Source of the DNA: Octopus sinensis
Lineage: Eukaryota
DNA length: 64,000 nt
Direction: 5' to 3'
Assembly: GCF_006345805.1 (NCBI RefSeq)
Contig: NC_043006.1
Span: forward strand, 43,214,001-43,278,000
Shown: positions 1 through 11,866 of the stretch, piece after piece
How positions within the stretch are numbered: position 1 is the first letter of the stretch
How the letters are laid out: each line of letters starts with the position of its first letter
Translations under genes and position numbers: made by a program
The notes under the pieces: model-generated
What the model saw: only the letters and a program-made list of their open reading frames with translations
The model's database searches: none
Told to the model about the DNA's origin: nothing

Positions 1-1
1 A

Positions 2-275
2 GTGCCAATAATTGTCTGCCCTGTGAACAGTGACTAAAAATCTTGAGAAGTACATGGAACAAACAGGGGTTGTAACAAGGGTGGAGCACTTGCAGAAAAC
101 AGCACTGCTTGCAACCGCTCGAATACTCCGGATGATGCTCGAAAAATAAGGGGTGTTAACTTCATTCACTGGTAGTGAACAGCAGACACCGCAATACATG
201 TCCAGCATTAGAAGCTATGCAACGATAATAAATATTATCATCATTATTATTATTATTACTAATAATAATAATAAT
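2..275 (+). mobile_element. 3' end of an R4/Dong-like (restriction-like endonuclease) non-LTR retrotransposon, decayed
   Basis: Reads VPIIV-(G)AL*TVTKNLEKYMEQTGVVTRVEHLQKTALLATARILRMMLEK* (stop 147-149, one frameshift), matching the R4/Dong C-terminal pattern VPVVIGALG...QK.A.LGTA.ILR. Followed by a short UTR and an (ATT/AAT)n tail. Confidence 0.75.
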
Positions 276-409
276 GATTCTCTAGGACTTCCCCAAACAT
301 ACCGACGAAACTATAAAAGCTAAATAACTGGCATCGTCAAGGTTAGTTGTACTGCCACGTAGTGCATCTTTATTTTGCGGTGTTTCTCCCCTGTTCGTTG
401 ATTTTTGCG

Positions 410-1123
410 ATGGCTGAAACAAAGGAACAGCGTGCTTCTGTGAAATTTTGTTTTCTGCTAGGGAAAATGGTGGCCAAAACAGTTGTCATGCCTCAAACAG
501 CTTACCAGAACACTGCCATGAACAAAATGAGTGGTTTTCACACTTTAGGAATGGTTACTTGTCATTTGAAGACCAGCCTCATTCAGGGTGACCACTGATC
601 TTCTGAACAAATGAAAATGTTATTAAAATTCCTGAATTGATCTTGGGAGTACCATCGCCGAACAATTTACGAGCTTGTTGATATGACTGGTGTGTCCTGG
701 AGCACCTGCCAATGAATTTTGAGCAAGGAATTCCGAATGAAAAGCGTTGTAGCAAAATTTGTGTTTCGCTTGCTGATGGAATATCAAAAACAGTCACGAA
801 TGAATGTGTGTCATAAACTGAAAGAACAGTTGTAAGTTGATCTTGCTCCCTGCAACATTTTTGGTTTTTTTACCCCGAATGAAAAAACTCCTTAAAGGAA
901 AACCTTTTGCAGATGTGGAAGAGGAGAAGAAAAAAACCGACGGAGCTGTTAAAAGGCACCACTTCGCAAGAGTTCTAAGACTGCTTCGAGCAGTGGAAGG
1001 TGCGACTGGACCGATGCATCGCTTCAAATGCATAATACTTTGAAGGCAGTATAAGTGTAAACACGTAAAACTAAGTGATTAAAACAATCGGGTAAAATTC
1101 CGGTCTCTTTCCCCCCTCTCTGT
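410..1123 (+). mobile_element. Mariner transposase relic with large internal deletion
   Basis: N-terminal HTH MAETKEQRASVKFCFLLGK from ATG 410, joined near 840 directly to DLAPC..F..PRMKKLLKGKPFADVEE...FEQWKVRLDRCIAS..YFEG. Multiple frameshifts and stops; TIR-like AAATTCCGGT near 1097. Confidence 0.85.
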
Positions 1124-1371
1124 ACATACACATACAAAAAAAGTAATTAATTAGCGTGTAGCCGTCAGCCAGGTGAAGAAGAAAAAATCATCATGACTAT
1201 CAATGTTATATAATTTTTTGTGAAAAAATATTAACTTACCCAAATATCTACCAAAGTGAACTGGCTCAGCCAAAGACAGCACCAAGAGAAATTTTAACAT
1301 CTTTTTATACACAAAATATTGTAGAAATATGAATATTCGACATATATATATATATATATATATACACATAC

Positions 1372-1405
<34 letters not shown>

Positions 1406-2486
1406 GTATATATATATACACATACATATATATATATACATATGTATATATATGTATATATATATACATATATATATATATATAATATATATATATCTGT
1501 GTGTGTGTATACATATAAATATGCATATACATATGTATGTATCTATGTATGTATACATATAGCGAGAGAGAGACACACACACAGACAGACAGAGACAGAG
1601 TAATATATATATATATATATATTATGAATGTGTGTGTGTGTATAGACACGCATATATATAAAATGCATAACTACTTGTTTTTTTGTTCTGCTGTTCTTGA
1701 AAAATTAAGAGCTGTCACGTATATGCATACATGTCTATATGAGTGTCTGTATATATGATACACACACATATATCTATATAAACACATAACTACTTTTCTA
1801 TTTTTATTTTCTATCTATCTATCTATTTATTTACTTGTTTTAAATAAACAGACCTGTCAAAAACACTTGCACAATCACCAGTTTACTGATGTATCAAAGT
1901 AAAATGTTACAGAACACCTTTCTTCAATCATTCGAAATTTTGCCTTTGCTATTGGTTGTTGGTAAACATGAAACCACTAATGTTTGGGGATTTTTTTTTT
2001 CTATTTTAAATATATGTAATCACTAAGCTACGTGCCTTCATGAAATAACGTTATTATGTGCCATTTTCATTGATATTGTTATTTGAACTTAATAATGTTT
2101 AAAAACAGTTTATAAGTTCCTTTTTTTTTCTTTTTTGTCGGTTGTTTTATTCTGGCAGAAGAGTAAACTCACATTTCCAAACAAAACAGAGTAGTGGTGG
2201 GGAGGGGGTAATTTACCCTCAAAATAAACAAAAACAAAAGCAGCAACTCCTCACACATACTCACACACACTCACTCACACACACACACACACACACACAT
2301 ACACATGAGCACATACAGAACATATACAGACTAAATATGCAAGTCACCGTTTCGATTCTCGCTGTCCACTATGTAAATAATGATTTATTATCACTTGGCA
2401 GATGCCAGTACTAATCAACGAAAAATTTGTTCACCGAAATAATAAACAAAGTCATTTGCTTTTGTTAAATTCATTAGTCTGGTTAC

Positions 2487-2532
2487 TTCTGGCTGAAGAG
2501 TCACAATATATCGAAACAGCGATGTCTCAGAA
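2487..2532 (+). ncRNA. Type I hammerhead ribozyme motif, stem II decayed
   Basis: ttctgg-CTGAAGA-gtcacaatatatc-GAAAC-agcgat-GTC-tcagaa: 6-bp stem I, 3-bp stem III with GCGA loop, GUC cleavage triplet. Confidence 0.6.
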
Positions 2533-3592
2533 CTCTTGCACTAATGAACCGTGTATGTAATGAACACATAATTATCATAACAGAGCTGTTCTCCTGTAAC
2601 GAACACAACAGCGATTAGCACTTTTGAAAGCTTTTGTCATGTCTTGCTCCAAATTTTTGTCTAGAAGGAAGAATTCACAAAAGAACTGGACATTCTATCA
2701 AATTGCCAAACCTCTTTGACATAATTGCATTAGGAATCTATACCGCTATAGTATAATCTTTCAAAGGTTCTCAGTTTTGTGATTTCTTCCCAAAAATTGA
2801 ATTAAAGACTTATTTCTGAGACTTTTAAAACGTAACTAAATGCATACCTTTCTTGTGTCCCAGACAATCGTCTGAAAGTAGTTATAACCAGGAGAGATCA
2901 ACCTCGAATAATTAGCAAGCCAGTAATTAGTTCGTTATACTATCTACATAAATAAATGGTAACTTTTAAAATGCATTACAGGACAAACAGCAGAGACTTC
3001 ACAGAAAATAGAACGATAAGCGCTGTGGAAAGTTTTCCATAATGACTTACATAATGATGGCTACAACAAATAAAAAAATGTAATCAAAATGTGATATTTT
3101 AGTATGATCTCAGTTTTATTCGTTAAAAGAATTATATATATTGTTATATTCCGGAATGGTCATTTTGCCAGTTTAGCCTACAAAAACACACGCACTATAT
3201 ATTTGGTGTTATCTTGCTTCAGTGTTATTTATTTTTTACATTAATCTTAATCTTATTTTGGCCAGAGTTCTTTCGTCACACTCCTGTGACCGCATCAGTG
3301 GTCCTTTGTTTTCTTCTTTCTTATTTGTGTCTCTCTTTACTAACCGTCAGCCATTTTGTATTTCTATTGTATGTCTTCATTTGCACATGCTTATATCTCT
3401 ATGTGCGTCTATGTTTATTTAGTGTGTGTGTGTGTGGGGGGGGTGCCTGTAATATTTGTATCTTCTGTTTATATACATTCATGTAATTTGTTTTTATTGT
3501 TTTTGTTTATTCTTATTTTGTTCATGTGTTTACATCCACTTATTATTATCATTACGTATGCTTGTATGTATGTATGTAAAACAACAATACTA

Positions 3593-3631
<39 letters not shown>

Positions 3632-3917
3632 AAAATCTTTTAAATTAAACAAAAAAATGTAAAATAAAATAAATTAAATAAATAAAAAAAAACTTATATA
3701 GTTATTTATTTCTATTTGTTTATTTATCTGTGTATGTTATTTATTATGTTTTCGGTTTTGTTTATATTGTAACCAGTTTATGGGGATCCTCTACCGTCAT
3801 ATGTTGTGGTGTGTGCTAGTGTTCCATTCCAGTTTCCTATTCAGGCTAGGTTTATCTTCTATTATGTGTGTAGCTTCTGTAATATGCCTGATTGTTGCAT
3901 CTGTTCTATGTGTGGAC

Positions 3918-3976
<59 letters not shown>

Positions 3977-4371
3977 TACATACATATATATACATATATA
4001 TATACATACATAATATACATATACACATATATAGTATAGATTGATAGATAAACTTACTTGTAAATGGATGTATGGTGTTCCATCAAATAGTAATATAAAT
4101 AATATATATATATATATATACATATGCATATATATATACATATATGTATTCTCGTTCAATGCTCAAAATTAGGAGTAGATAGATAGCCAACAACTGATGA
4201 AAGGAGGTCATCCTTTGTGTTATATGTCCTTTTTCCATTCGCTTCTCTTGTTGTTTGTGTACTGAACTCACTTGTTTTCGTATTTCATGTTGTTTACTAC
4301 TGGTGACGTCCTGTACCCATATATGCATATGTGTATATGTGTGTGTATATATATATATATGTGTCTATGTA

Positions 4372-4419
<48 letters not shown>

Positions 4420-4428
4420 AATATATAT

Positions 4429-4483
<55 letters not shown>

Positions 4484-4721
4484 ATATATATATATATATA
4501 ATATATAGAGAGATAGATAGATAGAGAACTGTTTGTCTTGATTTTTTTAATGTCAAATTATAACAAAAACAATTTAACATTAAACCGAATGATTATTAAA
4601 TATATTTTTGTCAAGTACATATTCATTATACATTTACAAGAGGAGAAGTGACTGTGACTTCGAAATTCTGCCTCTTAGCCTTTGTCAAACTATACATATA
4701 CATACATTCATACATACATAC

Positions 4722-4765
<44 letters not shown>

Positions 4766-5600
4766 TTTTTTTTTTTTGCATGTGTGTGTTCATATCTATC
4801 CATATATATATAAACATTCATACCAGCTTATTATGTAACGATGTGATCACAAGAGAGATATACTTTCAATATTCATATAAAAGCAGATACATAAAATGTT
4901 GATATAAATACAAACCTTTCATCTTGAACCGAAAGATCTCCAGTTTTATGCAATTGTGCACTCTTCGGCCAGGCGGAAAGACTGTATTAGGCTGGCAAAT
5001 CTTACTTTCTTCGGTTGGAAGGGTCTAAGTTATCAAATAGCAATGCTATACGATTGAAATTCACTGCCTAGAGAAGTGATACCAAAGATAAAATTGAAAT
5101 TGCACTCATTTCATTGTATACTAAATGCTCTATCGAAATCATGGGTATATTTTATATTATATTATTTAGAAATATATCTAAATGTATTCTGTTCTATTAC
5201 AGAGATGCAGATTGCTCTTTTACATGTGTATTTAATGTATATCTTTCGTTTACATCATGGCACTATATAACACGGCCTGCGAACATTATGCGGGAATGTA
5301 TAAAGTACTCTTCTTTGCTAAAGAATAGAATATCCTAAAATATATTTATACATAATAATGATATATATATTTTGCTAGCAACACCAGAAAAGTGCAATTT
5401 TAAATTTAACCATCAGAATCTTTTGCTAGTAAGTGCATTTCAGTTCTATATTTAAGAGATGAGGAATTACATACGTTATTTACATTAATTACATTTGATG
5501 GATATTTGACTACTACGCCATATGCCTATGGGCATATGGTGTAGAGGTTAAGAGTGCAGGCTACTAACCCCAAGATACCAAGTTCGATTCCAAGCAATGA

Positions 5601-5659
<59 letters not shown>

Positions 5660-6116
5660 GGGCTACAGCAAATATTCTGCTCAATACCACAGATTTGCTT
5701 GTCAGTTGTTTGACCTTAACCAGTTGACCATGTCCCTTAGTGGCTGACAATATGTACATCTCTGACCACAAGCAGAAGTAGTGGGGGAGCATCATAGCTG
5801 TGTGTTGAAAGGAATTCTTAGAGGTTTGGATAATTCACCTTTGGAAACATGGGTGGTTTGTTCATCATCCTTAACCAATCCTTATTCAAGGACCTTTTGA
5901 GCAGGATGGGCTACTCGACCAGAAGAAACTTCTAACTGGGCGCCACCTGCAAGGTCATGCACTGTTTATCTTGATATGAGATCACCATGTTGCATACATA
6001 TGGTTGTGATGCATGTGCCTGGTGTACCCTTATTAGATGGGTAGCCATGATGGATATACTGGGCTTCGTATATTTTACCCCAGTGTTATTTTGAGGGCAT
6101 GCACTGCTCTCTCACT
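5660..6116 (+). mobile_element. Non-coding repeat E inserted in (AAT)n, probably a LINE 3' region or non-autonomous derivative
   Basis: Flanked by (AAT)n on both sides; homologous copy at 55791-56300 also abuts an (AAT/GAT)n tract. Confidence 0.65.
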
Positions 6117-6192
6117 TAATAATAATAATAGTAATAATAATAACATCTAAAAATACCTTAGGAATGAGAATCCATGTTCAAAATTTCCCCAA

Positions 6193-6238
6193 GACACCTG
6201 ATGAAGGCTGGAGGGTATATCAGCCGAAACGTTGTGTT
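6193..6238 (+). ncRNA. Minimal type I hammerhead ribozyme with intact core
   Basis: gacac-CTGATGA-A-ggctg(gagggtatat)cagcc-GAAAC-GTT-gtgtt: 5-bp stem I, 5-bp stem II, palindromic ACGT stem III, extra A after A9. Confidence 0.75.
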
Positions 6239-6683
6239 AACAACAAACAAGATGAGGACAAATATCTGTCAAATGTAAATAAAGTGCATTTCAACCTAAC
6301 ACCACAGAGATTTTTTAACTTAAACACTTCAAACCAAATAAAATGGAATGTTGTCAATCCACTGTAGTCTTTGGAAATGACAGACCGTCAGATTTTGTAT
6401 ATGTACTGTATGTTACAAGCTACCTTCTTCCAACTTCTCAGTTCATGTGTGAAGCATAAAGATCTTTAGTTGTGAAGGAAATTAATATCGAATTTTAATA
6501 TACGTACATATTCATCATATTCATGCATATGCTTAGTGTGGAAGCTAGATGACATCTTTTATTATATCTACCTACGTATATATAATAATAAAGGGTAAAA
6601 TTAATTAATTAATTAATTAATTGATAATTGATAATTTTACCAAGTAGTTCAGTATGTTAAAAGAACCTTTATTGGTAACCTCA

Positions 6684-7090
6684 TACAAAAATTCTATAAT
6701 TATTAGCATAATTATAATTAGTGTTCTGGAAATTGCTTCACCACTTACCGAAATTTAGAAATAGCAGTTAAATACTATTCCACTACCTTAAGATATCTCC
6801 CAGATAGCAATACTCTTAATTTACATAGGTAAATAGAAAAAATAATGAATCCACCCGGCTTTGATCAACCACATACGCGTTTCTAGATTAAAGAGATGTA
6901 AAATTTTTATTTCTACTCTCTTATTTCCTTCTTCTGTATAGTATTTCAATTGTAAATACTCTTATGCTGTCTGGGAGATATCTTATGGTAGTGGAATAGT
7001 ATTTAACTGCTATTTCTGAATTTCGGTATGTGGTGAAGCAATTTGCTGAACTCTAATTATAATTATGTTTATAATTATAGACTTTTTGTA
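6684..7090. repeat. Fold-back inverted repeat, ~125 bp arms
   Basis: 6684-6809 is the imperfect reverse complement of 6965-7090. Confidence 0.9.
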
Positions 7091-7121
7091 CCTATATATA
7101 TAATTAATACTCAGCAAAAGC

Positions 7122-7177
7122 AACAAAGTGACTCAAGGTCCAAGAGTTTCGTGTATTGGCACTTATTAAACCTGTAC
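7122..7177 (-). ncRNA. Degenerate hammerhead, U3-A8-type family
   Basis: Minus strand: acaggt-TTAATAA-gtgccaatacac-GAAAC-tcttggaccttga-GTC-actttgt; homologues at ~11781-11826 and 59136-59185. Confidence 0.5.
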
Positions 7178-7375
7178 ATGTGTGCGTGTGTGTGTGTTTA
7201 ATGGGTGTGTGTTTTCTAGCTAGCAGAGCCTCTGATCTATTAATTTGTAATTATTATTGTTCCTGAAAGTTTTGTTTTTGTTTTTTTGGGGTTTTTTTGG
7301 CATTTAATACCCATCACGGACTGCTCGCAGCTTACAAACTTCCTGCTCGTAGCTCCTTGGACATTACAATGATAT

Positions 7376-7682
7376 ATTCTTTTATTCTTTCATTTGTTTC
7401 ATCATTTGATTGTGGCCATGCTGGAGCACCCCCTTTAGTCGAACAAATTGACCCCAGGACTTATTCTTTGTGAGCCTAGTACTTATTCTATCAGTCTCTT
7501 TTGCTGAACCACTGAGTTACAAAGACATAAACACACCAGCATCGGTTGTCAAGTGATGGCAGGGAGACAAACAAAGACACACAAATGTGTGTGTATATAT
7601 ATATATATATATATAATATATATATGATATATACATATAATATATATAAAATATATGTATAATAATAATAATGATGTATATA

Positions 7683-7715
<33 letters not shown>

Positions 7716-8004
7716 TATTGGTACAGGACAAGTAAACATAGAGAAACTACCCCTCATCAGTTGTCGGTTGTCTATCTACTCCTCGTATTGAGCATTCAAC
7801 AACAATATGAGTTTTCAAAGACAGTTTCTCCCATAAGTACCAAAATAAAATTTTTGATTTATGGAGGGTCAAAGTTGAGAACAAAAACATGATATTGGAG
7901 ACATATAAGGAAACCGAACAAAAACAAATATGAGGAAAATAATGAACGCTGAGAAAAATGGGTTTTTTTCTTTTGTAAAGAGAAAAGATAGAAGATATAT
8001 ACAT

Positions 8005-8058
<54 letters not shown>

Positions 8059-8125
8059 GATGGGCTTCTTTCCATTTCTATGTACCAAATCCACTCACAA
8101 GGCTTTGGTCGGTCCAAGGCTGTAA
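7376..8125 (-). mobile_element. SINE family A, split by unrelated fragments in its (TA)n linker
   Basis: 3' half at 7376-7590 and middle part at 8058-8125 match other A copies. Confidence 0.8.
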
Positions 8126-8330
8126 TGCATTTTTAAAAAAAAAAATATATATATATATATATGTATATCAGAAATGTGGCTCAGGAGAGGAGAGCAAAAG
8201 AACATATGGAACAACAGGAAAAAATACACTCAATGGACGCGGACATGTTCACTCCCTCATCAGTTACTGGCCAAATATCATCAGGATTTCGACACCTTAC
8301 GATATATACATACATTTCACTTTTGTATAT

Positions 8331-8720
8331 GCTGGCGTGGCTGTGTGGTAAGAAGTTTGCTTACCAGTCACATGGTTCTTGGTTCAGTCCCGGTCCGTGG
8401 TAACTTGTGCAAGTGTCTTCTACTATAGCCTGGGGCTGACTAAAGACTTTTGAGCAGACTTGGGGAATGAAAACTGAACGAAACCCAACATATAAATGTG
8501 TGTGTGTGCATGTGTATGTGTGTGTGTGTGCGCGCACACACACGGGCTTGACTACTGATGTCAGTGTATTTATGTCCCCGTAACTTAGAGGTTCAGCGAA
8601 AGAGTACTATGGAATAAATACCAAGCTTTATAAGAGTACTGGGGTCAATTCATTCCATTAAAAACTCTTCAAGGAGGTGCCCCAGCATGGCTACAGTTTA
8701 ATGGGTGAAACAATTAAAGA
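8331..8720 (+). mobile_element. SINE family A, near full length
   Basis: tRNA-like head (TGGCTGTGTGGTAAG...GGTTCAGTCCC), GCAAGTGTCTTCTACTATAGCC core, (TG)n linker, tail ending TGAAACAA. Confidence 0.85.
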
Positions 8721-9411
8721 TGTAAGACATGCAGATCTCTGGCGGTTTCGACGTTGCGTGTTCAGTTGTTCAACTAAACCATCTGTCCAATGAATTTTCA
8801 TTTAAGTAGCAGAGTATTCCATATGCACATCTACCTTTACCATAATCTTTTGGCTAAATCAGCATAACATGATGTATGACAAGGATGGGCCTTTAAATTA
8901 CAGACCCAGTCCATCCAATGAGCTTCCATACAATTTTGTCTTACACTCTTTCACTCACAGCACTTGGGTCGGCTGGAGGGCTATGGAAAAAGACACTTAA
9001 TCTATATACCTAGCCATTGAATCAACCTTGAGACCTCATGATTATGAAGTGAAATGTTTAATCATTCATCTGAATGCATGCACACACACACACAGAAGCA
9101 CACATGCACACATACAGAGAGGCACATACGTAGCATGAATTTGATGCATACGATATGCTACACGAGTAAATCGTTTGAATTATATTTTTGAATAATGTAA
9201 AGAAAATTAGCTGTCAGGGAAGAATAAACTTCATGTACATAAATTAAGGAAGGCACCACACCCATTAAAAATCCCACGAGTAACACGCAAAGAATATTCC
9301 TTGGACCAACTGCATTACTAACTAAAGAACAGATAAGCACATAATGAAAAACGCAAAACAAATACTTACAAAGTACATTCTATCAAACAATAAATTGAGG
9401 CTAATAATATG

Positions 9412-9610
9412 CAGAAATCCCTCAGCTATCGCGGGTGCTTCATTCAAAACCTCCCACAGAAATAATTAAAATCTAGAAAAATATAAATACCTATCGGCCA
9501 CAGTAACCCGCAATATACTGAGGATTCCGCGATGTGAATTTACATATATTAACCAGAAAAATCCGCGATGTACTGAGTGCGTGATTGGTGAACCGCAATG
9601 TACTGAGTAT
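9412..9610. mobile_element. Possible Tigger/pogo-like MITE relic
   Basis: Starts CAGAAATCCCTCAGCTATCGCGG; repeated CCGCRATRTACTGAG motifs resemble the complementary TIR. Confidence 0.35.
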
Positions 9611-9854
9611 GAGTTACATTTACTCAACAGAATTCAACACTAATGTAGGTGGTTAAAGATGCCTGTAAATTTGGTCTCATATTTCAACATGAGGTCAGCA
9701 ATATCGAGAAGGGGATAAGTTGATTACATCGCCCTCTATATCCAGCTAGTACTTATGTTATCGGCCCTTCACCTTGAATACTGTTGTTCGCTGTAGTCCT
9801 CTCACATGATACAGCATATTATGAAAATTGAAAGTCCCAAAAGATCAATCACAA

Positions 9855-10160
9855 AAGTGTCTTCTGCTTTAGCCCCGGGCCGACCAATGCCTTGTGAGTG
9901 AATTTGGTAGACGGAAACTGAAAGAAGCCTGTCGTATATATGTATATATATATGTGTGTGTTTGTGTGTTTGTCCCCCTAGCATTACTTGACAACCGATG
10001 CTGGTGTGTTTACGTCCCCGTCACTTAGCGGTTTGGCAAAAGAGACCGATAGAATAAGTACTGGGCTTACAAAGAATAAGTCCCGGGGTCGATTTGCTCG
10101 ACTAAAGGCGGTGCTCCAGCATGGCTGCAGTCAATTGACTGAAAAAAGTAAAAAAAAGAG
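9855..10160 (+). mobile_element. SINE family A, 5'-truncated
   Basis: Core, linker and tail match other A copies. Confidence 0.85.
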
Positions 10161-10194
10161 AGATGACACGACAAGCCTTGATTATTGAGATCGA

Positions 10195-10650
10195 CTAAAA
10201 AAACCCAGGCTTTAATCCTTCCAATGCCACTGTGAGTGCTATATCATCTGTATGATGTGGAAAATATTCCGACTACATTAACCAAATGATATAGTTACCA
10301 TCTTTAAAATTCATTTGAGGCTTGGCCCCCATGCCATTTGTCCACTACAGAAATTATGTTTGTATCGTATCACATCACTACAAAACTATTTCACCTCAAC
10401 TGGCCCTGCTCTCTTCAACATCGTGCCGGCCCACATAAAGGAGGAAAGTGATTTCATGGCATTCGAACGGTCCCTAGATGATTACTTCCATCAAATACCA
10501 GACAAACCACCCACACCCGGGTATGTCACTGAAAACAATAACTCTCTGCTCGAATGGGATATGGTGCCCAAGAGCTGACTGTGTATTTCTTCCAGGTGGT
10601 GCTATTAAATTAGACAGGGCCTGGGACAACTTCAACCGAAGCTTATCTAA
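10195..10650 (+). mobile_element. CR1-clade LINE 3' end relic
   Basis: ORF 10315-10578 contains NYFTSTGPALFNIVPAHIKEE..F..SLDDY..QIPDKPPTPGY....NSLLEW, the typical CR1-type ORF2 C-terminus. Confidence 0.8.
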
Positions 10651-10659
10651 ATAAAAAGT

Positions 10660-10995
10660 CGTCCTTGCCGAAATTTGAACTCAGAACGTAAAGACAGATG
10701 AATGCCGCTAAACATTTTTTCCGGCTAACTAACGATTCTGCCCGATCGCTGCCTTGAAAAAGGCATGTGTAATATTAGTTCATGTTTTAGCACAAGGCCA
10801 GCAATATCGAGGAGGGGGCTAAGTCGATCACATCGACCTCAGTAATCAACTGGTATTTATTTTATCGACCCTTTAAGTTATGAAAGATAAAGTCGACTTT
10901 GATGTAATTTGAACTCAGAACGTAAAGGTGAACAAAATGCCTCAAACCAGTTTACTCGGCGTGCTTAACAATTCTACCAGCGCGCTGCCTTAAAG
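10660..10995 (-). mobile_element. SINE family B fragments (two)
   Basis: AATTTGAACTCAGAACGTAAAG (B-box complement) and ATCGACCC...GTCGAC motifs shared with 17325, 28008, 45535 and 59195. Confidence 0.7.
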
Positions 10996-11417
10996 AAGTG
11001 AATAATATTCATAACAATACAATAGTGAAGCAAGCATACAGACATCGTAAATTTCTCACAAACAAAAGTAAACACCTGATGAAATCTCACGATCGGATTT
11101 ATCAGAATTCGAATTCCGGCGGCAATATCTACATCAATCACAATGGCCCGACCTCCTTTAAAGAGGCATCAACGCACGTCGACATCAATTCATTCTAAAG
11201 ATAAGATGTTGAATGTCTAAAACAAACATTGATAATATATTTAGGCACTTCACACAGACACACACACACACACACACATACACACATACACACTCTCACA
11301 CATATAAAGCAAATATAGATAACAAAATCAACAAACAACAAAAGTCTAAAGAACGTTTACAGTTTATATTGTTAGGCTGATGCTCAAGAGACGAATAAAA
11401 GTTATAAAGTTTTATAG

Positions 11418-11579
11418 GGTTTTGGATACAAGAGGAAAATGAAAGAGACAGGGAAAAAAAAGAAAAGGAGATTAAAAAAAGGGAGAGAGCTAAGCAAAAT
11501 CCAATGGAAGAACGTTTGTCAAGTCAGCAGAAGATATGGGTTCGTGTCCCACGGGCAGCCTTTGATAATGATGAAGATG
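11418..11579 (+). CDS. Weak candidate internal exon (~162 nt, phase 1-1)
   Basis: Preceded by tatag and followed by gtacac; open frame FWIQEENERDREKKEKEIKKRERAKQNPMEERLSSQQKIWVRVPRAAFDNDED, with a stop just upstream. Donor is weak and the first half is purine-rich low complexity. Confidence 0.25.
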
Positions 11580-11768
11580 GTACACACACACACACACACA
11601 CATATATTTTTCTCAAAGAGTTAAGGTTGAGAAAAGAACCTTTTTACAAAGTCGAAAGACATTAACCATTGGGAAGAGATTTCATAAAATGTGTGTGGGC
11701 TTTGCTTTTATGGATGTGTAAGCGCTTTCAGCTCTTAACGTTTTCAAGCACATATATATATTCATATG

Positions 11769-11866
11769 TAGCAGAAGTAACAGAGTGACTCAAGGTCTGA
11801 GAGTTTCGTACGTTGGTGTCAACACATGAAGATATCAGACTTTGAGTCACTCTGTTACTTTCGCTA
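11769..11866. repeat. Fold-back built from the hammerhead-bearing fragment family
   Basis: tagcagaagtaacagagtgactcaaggtctga pairs with tcagactttgagtcactctgttactttcgcta. Confidence 0.85.

Larger units (their letters stand above)
5524..6283 (+). mobile_element. SINE family F (tRNA head + (AAT)n linker + hammerhead-bearing tail), split by an element E insertion
   Basis: tRNA-like head with A/B boxes (~5530-5602), (AAT)n, then tail 6144-6283 homologous to the uninterrupted copy at 34006-34265. Confidence 0.8.

Noticed and set aside
4185-4230. CTGATGA motifs at ~4194 (+), ~7755 (-) and ~8257 (-)
   Set aside because: No downstream stem II-GAAA; cannot be folded as hammerheads.
4270-4310. 39-nt minus-strand exon-like segment with gtgagt donor
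   Set aside because: Lies in what looks like a dispersed repeat fragment related to ~7720-7800; poor acceptor.
5530-5602. tRNA gene calls for SINE heads (also 8331, 12497, 34011, 35511 etc.)
   Set aside because: Acceptor and T stems do not pair, and each head continues into a SINE body.
9158-9361. Hydrophobic minus-strand ORF
   Set aside because: TTG start; the flanking donor-acceptor pair implies a 48-nt intron; T-rich bias explains the hydrophobicity.
10998-11198. 66-aa ORF in unique sequence
   Set aside because: No convincing splice sites or motif on either strand.
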